The notes below the pieces were generated by a model. That model made no database searches. It was given only the letters and a program-made list of their open reading frames with translations, and was not told the DNA's origin. A stretch of DNA of 63,967 nucleotides, filler included. It is 4 parts of 4 records of this genome, joined end to end, with 100 filler letters (N's around TTAATTAATTAA, not from the genome) between each part and the next. Parts side by side here need not be neighbours in the genome. Positions count along the whole stretch, not along the records: positions 34,678 to 53,721 come from SRR20825019_811; positions 53,822 to 63,967 come from SRR20825019_820; 2 more parts are not named here. One strand, given 5' to 3'. The position numbers and the translations under genes are program-made. Every line of letters starts with the position of its first letter. Position 1 is the first letter of the stretch. Shown here piece after piece: positions 52,918 to 62,820 of this stretch.

Positions 52918-52942
52918 AACGTGCGGCCTGTGACTTTGTTCC
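52918..52942 (-). promoter_or_regulatory. EcfG-type general-stress promoter for the DUF1206 gene
   Basis: Minus strand reads GGAAC-AAAGTCACAGGCCGCA-CGTT (N16). Confidence 0.75.
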
Positions 52943-53310
52943 TGGCCCCGTCCGGCGGACCCGTCAGGCGCTGGTCCGGGAAATGAGGATCAGACCGAAA
53001 TGGAACCCCGACTTCCGTCCCGGGCAGCACTTTGCCTTGACCACACACATCATTCGACGCTACATTTCTGCCTAAGAAGCAGTCAGGCGCATTTTTTGTG
53101 CAACAACAGCCATATTCAACGCATCAGGGAGGCACTTCACCTACGGTGAAGTCTGAAAGTTTCTTTCAAGACGAGATGACGACCCGGTGCTGCCGGTTCG
53201 GATATGATTGCCAACGACACCGGGACAGGGGCCGCCCCGGACGATCGCCTTTTAGCCCCGCAGGAGTTCGATCCCGGCACGCCGCCGGTTGAAAATGAGG
53301 GAGGACTTAC

Positions 53311-53721
53311 ATGTCGACTTTGAGCAAACTGACAGCCGCACTGGTGCTGACCGCCAGCACGGCAACCATGGCACAGGCGGATACGATCCGCTTCTGGACC
53401 ACGGAAGAACAGCCGGAACGCCTCGCCAAACAGCAGGAAATCGCCGACCAATTCAAGGAAGCGACCGGCCACGAGGTCCAGGTCATTCCGGTGACCGAGA
53501 CAGATCTCGGCACCCGCGCCACCGCCGCCTTTGCCGCCGGCGACCTTCCCGACGTGATCTACCACACCGTGCAATATGTGCTGCCCTGGGCCGAGGCCGG
53601 CATTCTCGACGTCGAAATCGACGATGAGATCGTCAATGATCTCGGCCTCGACACGTTTGCGCCGGGCGCGATCGAAATGGCGCAGTTCGAGGGCATGACC
53701 GCCTCCGTGCCGGTCGCTGGC
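53311..53721 (+). CDS. ABC transporter (sugar) substrate-binding protein, 3'-truncated
   Basis: GGAGG RBS, signal peptide ending AQA, IRFWTTEEQPER, AAGDLPDV. Confidence 0.85.
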
Positions 53722-53821
53722 NNNNNNNNNNNNNNNNNNNNNNNNNNNNNNNNNNNNNNNNNNNNTTAATTAATTAANNNNNNNNNNNNNNNNNNNNNNN
53801 NNNNNNNNNNNNNNNNNNNNN
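53722..53821. other. Artificial contig linker
   Basis: 44 N + TTAATTAATTAA + 44 N. Confidence 0.98.
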
Positions 53822-54652
53822 GATTTTTCCGGCCTTGCCGGTTTTTTCAAGGGCACGAATGACACCACGATTGCCCGCCCCCAGACTGTAGAGCGCGACA
53901 ATATCGGGATTTTGTTCCAGCATTTCGCGCAGCAAAAGTTCTACCCGGTCGGAATTATCCAGACCTTCGATGGCGGGCAGGATCGAGAAATGCGGATATT
54001 CGTTGCGGATGATCCGCTCAAAGCCGTTGCGCCGTTCCATATGGTCGCGCAGCAGCATCGACCCGGCGATGACGGCAATCTTTCCCGATGGCGCGTGACA
54101 GAAACGCCCCAAAAGACCGGCGGCGGTACGCCCGGCAACTTCGTTGTCGATCCCGATGAAATGTTCGCGTCCTGAAGTCGGGTGGTCACTGACCAGAGTG
54201 ACGACATGGATATTGCGCCGACGCAATCCTTCTATGGCCTGATATACGGCCTGCGATTCGGTGGCGACAACGGCGACACCGTCGAATGCCTGATGTTCGA
54301 TGGCGTCAAGCACCTCGGCCAGGGCAATGCCATCAAAGGCGGGGACCATGATGGTTTCGATTTCTATGCGATCAAGCGGTCCGTGTTCGGCAATCCTGCC
54401 GACTTCCTGTTCCAGGCCGCGCATGAAGGTGTTGGGCCCCTTGGGCAGGATAAAGCAGAACCGGTAGAAGCGTTTTTTGGACAGATTGGCGGCGGCGATA
54501 TCGCGTTCATATCGCAGTTTTGCCATGGCTTCTTCGACCTTGCGCGCGGTGGCCGGACGTACGCCGCTTCGTGCATTTAAAACCCTGTCGACGGTGGCAA
54601 GACTGACTCCGGCCTCGCGGGCAACGTCATGAACGGTCGGACGCGACGCCAT
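53822..54652 (-). CDS. LacI-family transcriptional regulator, 3'-truncated
   Basis: PTVHDVAREAGVSLATVDRVLN HTH plus sugar-binding domain. Confidence 0.93.
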
Positions 54653-54765
54653 ATTGGTCTCCAGATTGGGTTTTCGCCGATGAGGTTTTCAGAAGCCGAA
54701 CCCTAACTTATGAAACAGTTTGGATAAATCCAATATATTCAAAGATGTCGCGATACATCGGGATC

Positions 54766-56199
54766 CTAGGCATTTTTCTTCTTTTTATCGGGAGCCTTTT
54801 TGACCGTATCGGGTTTGCCTGTCCGATCCTCGGCCGGGAGCAGGACATGGAAGGTTGTGCCCTTGCCCATTTCGGTTTCAAACCAGATGCGTCCGCCATG
54901 CTTGACCTGGACGATGTCGTGGGTGATGGCAAGGCCCTGACCGGTGCCTTTGCCGACTTCCTTGGTGGTGAAGAACGGGTTGAAGATTTTGGATCGGTTT
55001 TCCTTGGCGATGCCCGTGCCGTTATCGGAAATACTGATCAGGACACTGTCATCGAGGAAGGTGGTTTTGATCCTGATCTCGCCTTCTTCGGGCGTGCGTC
55101 CGGCGGCGTCAATCGCCTGGGCGGCATTCACGAGCAGGTTGAGGAATACCTGGTTGATTTCGTTGATGTGACACGGGATATGCGGCAATTCCGGTTCGTA
55201 TTCTTCGATGAGTTGCGCATAATGTTTCCATTCGTTACGCGAAATCACGGTGACGTTTGACAGGACGCGATTGATATCGGTCGCGGTTTTTTCCGCCCCG
55301 CCCGGATGGGAAAATTCCTTCATCGACAGCACAATGCGGGCCACCTGATTGATGCCGTCAAGGGATTGCTGGGTGGCGTGCGGGATTTCATCAAGCAGGA
55401 ATTCCAGATCGGCATCGCGCATTTTGCGGGCAAAATTGTTGAAGGTGTTTTCAGGCAACCGGTCGCGATTCTGCCACAGCGTTTGCAAGGCCAGCCCCAG
55501 AATGCGCGACAGCGCCCCATAGCCGTCATTGAGGAATTTCAGGTTGTCGCGGATATACTGGCTGGGCGTATTGATTTCATGGGCAATACCCCCGGCAAGA
55601 TGACCGATGGCTTCGAGTTTCAAGGCTTCGCGCAATTCACCTTCGAGCTTTTGATGCGATTCTTCGGCCTGTTTGCGGCGCGTGATATCGCGGAAAATGT
55701 AAAGGTAGCTCATTTCGCCGGTGAAATTGGCGGGGCTTACGGTGATTTCCATCGGAAAGGTATCGCCATCAAGGCGCTGTCCCATGGTTTCGGTATAATC
55801 ATAGCGCAGTGTGCCGCTGCTGATATTGATGCAACGGTTGAGCAATTTGTGACGCACGGTCGATTTTCGATCGACAAACAAGGCATCAACCGACCGGCCC
55901 AGCATATCGGACATCGTGCCCCGCATCAGATTGAGTGCGGACTCGTTACAATCGCAAATCATCCCGGCGCCATCAATGACCAGAATGCCTTCGACAACGC
56001 TGTTGAGGATGGTTTTAAGCCTCTGATTTGACTCTGTTTCGCGTTTCTTCTGTTCGTTCAGAAGAGCATGAATCTGCTTCAGGGCTTCGGGGCTGACATC
56101 AAGTTGATCAATCGCGTCGAGCAAGTCGTCGGTACCCGCCGAATCGCTGGTCGGGTGGATGACCTTGAGGTTTTCGTCATTGTGGTGTGTGTCGTTCAT
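54766..56199 (-). CDS. Cytoplasmic PAS-domain sensor histidine kinase
   Basis: PAS (EGILVID...DGDTFPMEI...FRDIT), H-box LAGGIAHEINTP, N-box NLLVNAAQA, DNGTG, FFTTKEVGKGTGQGL. Confidence 0.92.
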   Translation of the reverse strand: MNDTHHNDENLKVIHPTSDSAGTDDLLDAIDQLDVSPEALKQIHALLNEQKKRETESNQRLKTILNSVVEGILVIDGAGMICDCNESALNLMRGTMSDMLGRSVDALFVDRKSTVRHKLLNRCINISSGTLRYDYTETMGQRLDGDTFPMEITVSPANFTGEMSYLYIFRDITRRKQAEESHQKLEGELREALKLEAIGHLAGGIAHEINTPSQYIRDNLKFLNDGYGALSRILGLALQTLWQNRDRLPENTFNNFARKMRDADLEFLLDEIPHATQQSLDGINQVARIVLSMKEFSHPGGAEKTATDINRVLSNVTVISRNEWKHYAQLIEEYEPELPHIPCHINEINQVFLNLLVNAAQAIDAAGRTPEEGEIRIKTTFLDDSVLISISDNGTGIAKENRSKIFNPFFTTKEVGKGTGQGLAITHDIVQVKHGGRIWFETEMGKGTTFHVLLPAEDRTGKPDTVKKAPDKKKKNA

Positions 56200-56215
56200 A
56201 CCGGCTTTCCGTGTT

Positions 56216-57409
56216 TCAACCGTTTTGCGAAGGTTTCATGCCGCCACGACGAATGCGGATCGGTTCATGGAATTTGTGGATCTGTTGAAACACGCGCAGG
56301 CGCTGCAACTGGACCTCGGAAACGTGGTTGCCGTGGGTCAGCAGCACATGACCATCGACGGTTTCGATATCGGTCATCAGGAAGTCGTGCACACGCAGCG
56401 ATTTCAGCAAGATATCCTGTTCGCGGCCCTTGGGATGGATATCGACATCGTAAGAGTCGTCAACTATTGCCAGCAGGTCGGAAATCTGACCGAAAAGTTC
56501 CGGATCGTAGCGATGCGAATGTTCTTTCAATTCATCGAAATTCTGGGCCAGTGGCATGTCGCTGGTGCTGATTTCGGCAAGGTCATTGAGGATACGCAGC
56601 ACGCGCGCGCCAAGAGGAATATCCGTACCCTTCGGACTGTTGTCGGTGGGGAAGCCCGTCCCGTCAAAATTGCGGAACTGAAGATAGACGATTTCGCCGA
56701 TATGGTTCAAACGCGGGATATTGGAAATCAGTCGTTTTCCGACCTCTGGCGTGCGTTTCAAAAGGTCGCGTTCAAGCGGTTGCAGAACCTTGCCCATGGC
56801 CAGACGCGCCAGCGTTTCAGGTGGTAGCGAGACCAGGCCAATCGGCGCAAGAAGGGCGGCCAGACCAAGTTCCCACGGCTGGGGATAGCCAATATCGCGC
56901 GCAATCATGTCGCACCATGATTTCACCCGCATGGACCGGCCGAATATCAGGGGATTAAGCTGGGCGAGAACATCGGTCAGAACCTTGACGCTGCCTGCCA
57001 GTGTCTGTTCCAGAAGATCGCGTTCCGCCGTGATCAGATGATATTGGCGGATGGCATCGTTGATCCCCTGTTCCAGCACCTCGTCATCGCAGGGTTTGCT
57101 GAAAAACCGGAAAATATGGCCGCGATTGATGGCCTCGACGGCGGTGTGCTGGTCGGCATTGCCGGTCAGCATCATGCGAACCGTATCGGGACTGACGCGC
57201 CCGATTTCGGTCAGAAGTTTCACACCGTCCATGCCGGGCATCCGCATATCGGCGATGCAGACGGCAAAGGGACCGTCTTCCATCAGGATGCGTAGGGCTT
57301 CCTGCCCGCCAATGGCGATTTCAAAATCGTATTTGTGGCGCATCTTGCGTTGCAGGGCATGCAGCAGGTTTTTGTCGTCATCAACGAAAAGGACTTTGCT
57401 TTTTTCCAT
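56216..57409 (-). CDS. Response regulator with degenerate HD-GYP-like domain
   Basis: REC (FVDDD, ADMRMP, KP). LAALLAPIG replaces LLHDIG and QFRNFDGTGFP replaces HHExxDGxGYP. Confidence 0.85.
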   Translation of the reverse strand: MEKSKVLFVDDDKNLLHALQRKMRHKYDFEIAIGGQEALRILMEDGPFAVCIADMRMPGMDGVKLLTEIGRVSPDTVRMMLTGNADQHTAVEAINRGHIFRFFSKPCDDEVLEQGINDAIRQYHLITAERDLLEQTLAGSVKVLTDVLAQLNPLIFGRSMRVKSWCDMIARDIGYPQPWELGLAALLAPIGLVSLPPETLARLAMGKVLQPLERDLLKRTPEVGKRLISNIPRLNHIGEIVYLQFRNFDGTGFPTDNSPKGTDIPLGARVLRILNDLAEISTSDMPLAQNFDELKEHSHRYDPELFGQISDLLAIVDDSYDVDIHPKGREQDILLKSLRVHDFLMTDIETVDGHVLLTHGNHVSEVQLQRLRVFQQIHKFHEPIRIRRGGMKPSQNG

Positions 57410-57421
57410 GGCCACGGATCT

Positions 57422-58642
57422 TTACTGGGTCAGGGTTTTGTATTTGTCGGCGACAACGCGCGCGATCATGCGCCATTCGTCAAGCTGGTCAGCTTTGCCG
57501 ATTGTTTTCAGATATTCCATGTCGATATGGCTTTCGACCTGTTTGCCGGTTTCTTCGGCGGCAACCTGCCGGGTGAGGTCCTGTGCGACATAAATTGCGG
57601 TAAGGACGTTCATTTCGCGATGCGGGGTATCCATCGGGCGGTGGTGATAGGCAACGGCCTGTACCACGGGTGCCGGGAAGCCCCATAAACCCAGAAGATA
57701 GGCGCCTATTTCCGGATGACCGGCGCCGAACTGTTCGATTTCGGCCTGTTCGATGGGGATATGTTCCTGTTCGACCCGATCAATCACCTTGGCCATTTCG
57801 GCATTGCGGTTGGCATAAAGGATCAGGCTGCCGACGTGGCTGAGCATGCCGGTCGAGGGAACAGCGTGGCAGATGGCGCGCGGCAGTTTTTCATATTCGG
57901 CAATCAGGGCGGCGGTGACGCCGATCTGCTGGCTGCGATGGCAGAGGCGCAGCAATTTGTCGGCTTCGCTTTTGGGGCCATCAAATCCGCGGAAAATGCC
58001 AACAAAAAGGGCCAGTGCTTTTAGCGTCTCGGTCCCGATCATGCGTACGGCATGGGAGACGGAACTGATTTTCTGGGCGATGGCGAAATAGGCGGAGTTG
58101 GTCAGTTTCAGGACTTCGGCGGTCAGGGCGATATCGGATGAAACGATCCGGGTGATCTGATCCTGGGATATTCTCGGGTCTTCGAGTGCCTTGACCAGCC
58201 GAAGGTAAGTATCGGGCGGGGAACTGAGTGTGTCGATGCTGGCAACGAGGGACCGCAATTCCGGCCGGGTCAGCAGACTGCGCAAATCAAGCGCGTTTTC
58301 GATGGTTTCGATCAGCACCAGGTCTTCGCACGGTTTGGCAAGATATTGATGGGCTGGCCCGACGGTTCGCAGAACGGCCTCTTCCTCGGCGAAGCCCGAA
58401 AGGATGATGCGGGTGGCGTGTGGATGGGATTTTTGCAGGGTGCTCAGCAACGTTGCGCCATCCATACCTGGCATCCGCATATCCGATACGACCACATCGA
58501 ATTCTTCGTGACTGGCAAGTTCAATGGCGGCAGCCGCACTGGTGGCAAAAACCATGTGCCAGTCCGGACGCATGCCGCGCAACCGCCGCCGCAGGCCGTT
58601 CAGGATGTTTTCGTCATCATCAACGAACAGGATATTATTCAT
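57422..58642 (-). CDS. Response regulator with HDOD domain
   Basis: REC (FVDDD, SDMRMP, AKP). DIALTAEVLKLTNSAYF, SHVGSL, HPEIGAYLLGLWGFP...AVAYHH. Confidence 0.9.
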   Translation of the reverse strand: MNNILFVDDDENILNGLRRRLRGMRPDWHMVFATSAAAAIELASHEEFDVVVSDMRMPGMDGATLLSTLQKSHPHATRIILSGFAEEEAVLRTVGPAHQYLAKPCEDLVLIETIENALDLRSLLTRPELRSLVASIDTLSSPPDTYLRLVKALEDPRISQDQITRIVSSDIALTAEVLKLTNSAYFAIAQKISSVSHAVRMIGTETLKALALFVGIFRGFDGPKSEADKLLRLCHRSQQIGVTAALIAEYEKLPRAICHAVPSTGMLSHVGSLILYANRNAEMAKVIDRVEQEHIPIEQAEIEQFGAGHPEIGAYLLGLWGFPAPVVQAVAYHHRPMDTPHREMNVLTAIYVAQDLTRQVAAEETGKQVESHIDMEYLKTIGKADQLDEWRMIARVVADKYKTLTQ

Positions 58643-59009
58643 AAAATAGGTCCATGCCACGAGAACTGACTATGAATTTGGTGATTTTGTCCGCCAGATC
58701 AAAGGTCTCGATCACATTTAAATAAAATTGCAGGAAAAGATATTCTGCACGTTCAGGATGTGATGGCGCATTTCGGCGGCAGGCCGCGAGTCGTGCACAG
58801 GCGATACAGGGTCGATCAATGCCGCATCGAACAGGCCTCGGGCGAGCATAATTGTTTTACAATTTATGTTGGCTGGTTGTTGGAAAGCGCCCGGCAAATT
58901 CCAAGATGTCATATAGTGTCAGAAAATAACGGGCCCGGCCCGGCTATACTAATTTTGTAACGTTGCATTTTGCGGTTGGGGCAGGTTGCTGGGGGATTGA
59001 TTCTATCAC

Positions 59010-60281
59010 ATGGTGTCACGACCGGAGCTGATCGAGGCGATCAAAAAGCATCAGCGATATGTTTTAAAGCAGCCCGGTGGCAAGCGCATGCAGCTTCGCA
59101 ACGGGAACCTTTCGCGTATCAAAATGAGCAAGATCAGCCTTGAAGACGCCATCCTGCCCGGAGCAAACTTCATCCAGGCCGTGATCAAGGATGTCAGTTT
59201 CAATTTCTGTGACCTGTTTGGAACCAACTTTGTCGAAGCCGATCTTGAAGGATCAAGCTTTGAGCGGGCCGATTTGCGCGGGGCGAATATGGCGCGGGCC
59301 AAGTTGCGAAACGCCAGTCTCAAGGCGGCCGACCTTCGGTCCGGAGTGATGATCGTGATGGATGCCGGGCGGGAACGCCGGGTCAAACGGGCCACCGATC
59401 TTGGCAATGCCGACATGGCAGGGTCGGTGATGGCGGGGGCCAATCTTTCGGAAGCCAATATGTCGGGTTCCAGTCTGGTGGATGCCGACCTGAGTGATGC
59501 GAACATGTTTGCCGTCAATCTTGCCGGGGCGGATTTAACGGGCTGCAATCTTTCGGGGGCGAAGATGAAGAACGCCAACCTCAAGGGGGCGAAGCTTCAT
59601 AATGCAGTTCTGGCCGGTACCGATTTAAGCGGAGCGAACCTTCGCAATGTCGATCTGAACGGTGTCGATCTTTCGCAGGCCAATACCGCCAACAGCCTTG
59701 GCAGCAAGGCAGTGGCCCCCTTGCCCGAAGATATTCGCGATCTGGTCAATGCACATAGCGAATGGCTTTCGACCGGTGGACGACAGGGCAAGCCGTTGGA
59801 TGCGACCGGGCGTGACCTTTCGGGGATGGATTTTTCGGGCCTGGATCTTTCGGCGGCATGTTTTGAGAATTGCGTTTTACGCGGTGCGTTGTTCGTCGAC
59901 ACCATTCTTGCCATGGCATCACTGCGGCGGGCAGACCTTAAACTGGCGAAATTCAATAGTGCGATATTAAACGGTGTGCGGTTGAACGGGGCCAACTGCC
60001 AGAAGGCGATATTCCAGGGCGCGCGGTTTGGTGCCGTTGAACAACGTGATGGCAATGGGCAAAAAACAGGTGTGATCTGGTATGCCGATCTGAGCGGTGC
60101 GGATTTTTCCAAGGCCGATATGCGCAATGCCAGTTTCAGCCAGCCAAAGATGGCGGAAGTCAAAATGGTGCGCGCCAATATTTCCGGCGTTGCATTTGGT
60201 GAAACGGACCTGAGCAGTGTGGATTTTGCCGGAGCCAATGTGGCCGCGGCCCTGAATGGGCGTTTGCCCGATCACGCGTGA
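59010..60281 (+). CDS. Pentapeptide-repeat protein
   Basis: Long A(D/N)LxX runs (ADLRGANMARAKLRNASLKAADL etc.). Confidence 0.92.
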   Translation: MVSRPELIEAIKKHQRYVLKQPGGKRMQLRNGNLSRIKMSKISLEDAILPGANFIQAVIKDVSFNFCDLFGTNFVEADLEGSSFERADLRGANMARAKLRNASLKAADLRSGVMIVMDAGRERRVKRATDLGNADMAGSVMAGANLSEANMSGSSLVDADLSDANMFAVNLAGADLTGCNLSGAKMKNANLKGAKLHNAVLAGTDLSGANLRNVDLNGVDLSQANTANSLGSKAVAPLPEDIRDLVNAHSEWLSTGGRQGKPLDATGRDLSGMDFSGLDLSAACFENCVLRGALFVDTILAMASLRRADLKLAKFNSAILNGVRLNGANCQKAIFQGARFGAVEQRDGNGQKTGVIWYADLSGADFSKADMRNASFSQPKMAEVKMVRANISGVAFGETDLSSVDFAGANVAAALNGRLPDHA

Positions 60282-60307
60282 TTTTGAAGGTCGGGGGTAT
60301 CTGTAAA

Positions 60308-60337
60308 AAATCCGCCTTTCGGGTGAAAGGCGGATTT
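60308..60337. terminator. Bidirectional terminator between the pentapeptide gene and argJ
   Basis: AAATCCGCCTTTC-GGGT-GAAAGGCGGATTT. Confidence 0.85.
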
Positions 60338-60362
60338 GATCTTTTGGGGTCTGGCAAGCTGA

Positions 60363-61592
60363 TCAGCTGCGGTAATCCGCATTGATCGAGATATAGCCAT
60401 GTGTCAGATCGCAGGTCCAGACGGTGGCCGTGCCATCGCCAAAGCCAAGATCGACATCGATATCGATATACTGGCCCTTGATATGGGCTGCGACCGGGGC
60501 TTCGTCATAATCGGCGACGCGTTCGCCGTTTTTCGCCAGAACAATGCCACCGATGGAAACGGTCAGTTTGTTCGGGTCGGCCTGCACACCGCATTTGCCA
60601 ACCGCCATGACGATGCGGCCCCAGTTGGCGTCTTCACCGGCAATCGCGGTTTTGACCAGCGGAGAGTTCGCAATCGCCTTGGCGGTGATTTTGGCTTCTG
60701 CTTCGCTGATGGCGCCGTTGACATTGACGGTGATGAATTTTGACGCCCCTTCGCCGTCGCGCACGACCTGATGGGCAAGATCACGCATGACGTCTTCAAG
60801 CGCGGTTTTGAAACCGGCCAGTGCCGGATCATCAATGCCGGTGACGGCGGCATTGCCCGCCTTGCCGGTTGCGGCCAGAAGGACGGTATCGGATGTCGAG
60901 GTATCGCTATCGACCGTGATCGCATTGAACGACCGGTCGGTGCAATCGGCAAGCAGGGATTGCAGCACGGCATGGGGCACGGCGGCATCGGTAAAGATGA
61001 AGCCAAGCATGGTTGCCATGTTCGGTTCGATCATGCCTGAACCCTTGGCAAAACCGGCAATGCTGACCTTGGCACCGTGGATGGTGGCGGTGGCCGATGC
61101 GCCCTTGGGGAAGGTGTCGGTGGTCATGATCGCCTTGGCGGCATCAAGCCAGCCAGCGTCATTTGCCAGAAGATCGGGCAGGGCATCGGTGATGCGGTTT
61201 GCGGTGGTTGGCTCGCCGATGACACCGGTGGAGGCGGTGAAAATCTCGGTCTTGTCGCAGCCCAGCGCGTTTGCGGCGGCTTCGACCTTGTCTGCGACGA
61301 ATTTTTCGCCCGCCTTGCCGGTGAAGGCAACCGAGTTACCGGCATTGACAAAGAATGCCCGACCGGTGCCGCCTTTAAGCGCCTCGCGTCCCCAGCGAAC
61401 AGCGGCCGATGCCGTGGTCGAGGTGGTGAAGACCCCCGCAACCTGTGTGCCCGGTTCGAGTTCGGCCAGAAGGACATCGGGGCGGCCCTTGTAGCGGATA
61501 CCAAGGGTCACGGTATGCAGTTTGACACCGGGAATTGCCGGAAGATCGGGGAAGCCGGCCGGGGCCAGCGGAGAAAGCGACGTCGCAACCAT
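60363..61592 (-). CDS. argJ: Bifunctional ornithine acetyltransferase / N-acetylglutamate synthase
   Basis: NAGN, STGVIG, IMTTDT, KGSGMIEPNMATML, VDSDTSTSD, RDGEGA, WTCDLTHGYISINADYRS. Confidence 0.96.
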   Translation of the reverse strand: MVATSLSPLAPAGFPDLPAIPGVKLHTVTLGIRYKGRPDVLLAELEPGTQVAGVFTTSTTASAAVRWGREALKGGTGRAFFVNAGNSVAFTGKAGEKFVADKVEAAANALGCDKTEIFTASTGVIGEPTTANRITDALPDLLANDAGWLDAAKAIMTTDTFPKGASATATIHGAKVSIAGFAKGSGMIEPNMATMLGFIFTDAAVPHAVLQSLLADCTDRSFNAITVDSDTSTSDTVLLAATGKAGNAAVTGIDDPALAGFKTALEDVMRDLAHQVVRDGEGASKFITVNVNGAISEAEAKITAKAIANSPLVKTAIAGEDANWGRIVMAVGKCGVQADPNKLTVSIGGIVLAKNGERVADYDEAPVAAHIKGQYIDIDVDLGFGDGTATVWTCDLTHGYISINADYRS

Positions 61593-61665
61593 CTGTTCAA
61601 TTTCCTTCGTTGAACGTAACCCTGCCATTAATCCAAAGGTAGCGCATTTGGCACGGGTGGATGAC

Positions 61666-61703
61666 AAAAAAACGGGGCGATGCCGGACGGCTCACCCCGT
61701 TTT
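61666..61703 (-). terminator. Rho-independent terminator after the PPIase gene
   Basis: Minus strand reads AAAACGGGGTGA...TCGCCCCGTTTTTTT. Confidence 0.75.
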
Positions 61704-61738
61704 GGATCTCAGCTTTGAAACCGGTTAAGCCGTGGGGC

Positions 61739-62593
61739 TTAGTTTTTCGGGGTTTCTGCGCTGTCGTCTGTGGCCGGGGTTTCGGTGTTGTTCACCACCT
61801 CGGCATTAGATCGAAGTTCTTCAATCAGGTCCTGAACGGCCTGCTGGGTGACTTCTGCTTCCATCTGCTGACGGATTTCTTCCAGGGTCGGCTGGACGCC
61901 GTCTTTTTTCTCTTCAACCAGGATCACGTGCCAGCCGAACTGGGTCTGAACCGGTTCCTTGCTGTATGTGCCCGGCTCCATCGCGAAGGCAGCTTCGGCG
62001 AACGGTGCGACCATGTCGCCCTTGTTGAAGAAGCCAAGATCACCACCATTGGGACCGGACGGGCCGGTTGATTTTTCTTTGGCGAGTTCGACGAAATCGG
62101 CACCGTCGTCAAGCTCGGCAATCACGGCTTTGGCGTCGTCTTCGTTTTCCAGAAGGATGTGACGCGCGTGAACCTGCGGCTCTGGCTCGTTGGTTTTGAT
62201 GAATTCGTCGTAATGGGCTTTGATCGCGTCGTCGGTGACTTTCTCGGCGATTGCGCGCTCAAGATAGGTTTCGGCAACGAGGCGGCGCTCAAGGGCGGCG
62301 AGCTGATTCTTGACCTCTTCATCGTCGGCAAGACCCGCATCCTGACCGGCAAGCATCAGCAGGCGCTGATTGATTTCGCGGTCGACAAGCATCGGCTTGA
62401 GCATTTCAAACGGGAGCTGGCGATACTGTTGGGGCAGGCCCTCTTGTGTCGCGCGCACTTCGGATTCCAGGATTTCCTCGCCATTGACGGTTGCAAGAAC
62501 CTGGTCTTCGGCCGGTGCAGCGTCCTGTGCCATAACCGGGCTTGCAAACATGACGGTCGCAAGTGACGCAGCGAGTAGGGTTTTGCGCAGCAT
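61739..62593 (-). CDS. PpiC/parvulin-type peptidyl-prolyl isomerase, exported
   Basis: GGAG RBS, signal peptide, HARHIL, FVELAKEKSTGPS, GGDLG, PVQTQFGWHVI. Confidence 0.93.
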   Translation of the reverse strand: MLRKTLLAASLATVMFASPVMAQDAAPAEDQVLATVNGEEILESEVRATQEGLPQQYRQLPFEMLKPMLVDREINQRLLMLAGQDAGLADDEEVKNQLAALERRLVAETYLERAIAEKVTDDAIKAHYDEFIKTNEPEPQVHARHILLENEDDAKAVIAELDDGADFVELAKEKSTGPSGPNGGDLGFFNKGDMVAPFAEAAFAMEPGTYSKEPVQTQFGWHVILVEEKKDGVQPTLEEIRQQMEAEVTQQAVQDLIEELRSNAEVVNNTETPATDDSAETPKN

Positions 62594-62820
62594 ATTTTCT
62601 CCAGACTTTTCATTTAAGGGGGATTTTTCCCCATGCCTCACCCCACGGATAAATCACATCCGCTCGTGACACACAAGGGTTCCCCTCGGATGTCACGGTT
62701 TTTTCAAAGCAATCTGGCTAAAATGTGAAATGCTGATGTAGTGCGGAAAATATAATGGCGTGGGCAAGGGCGATTTCGCGCCCTTGCCCACCGGTTTCTG
62801 CCAGAATCCAGAAATAGCCG

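Noticed and set aside
59010-60281. Qnr/MfpA quinolone-resistance gene
   Set aside because: About twice the Qnr length with a different capped two-module layout and no mobile context.
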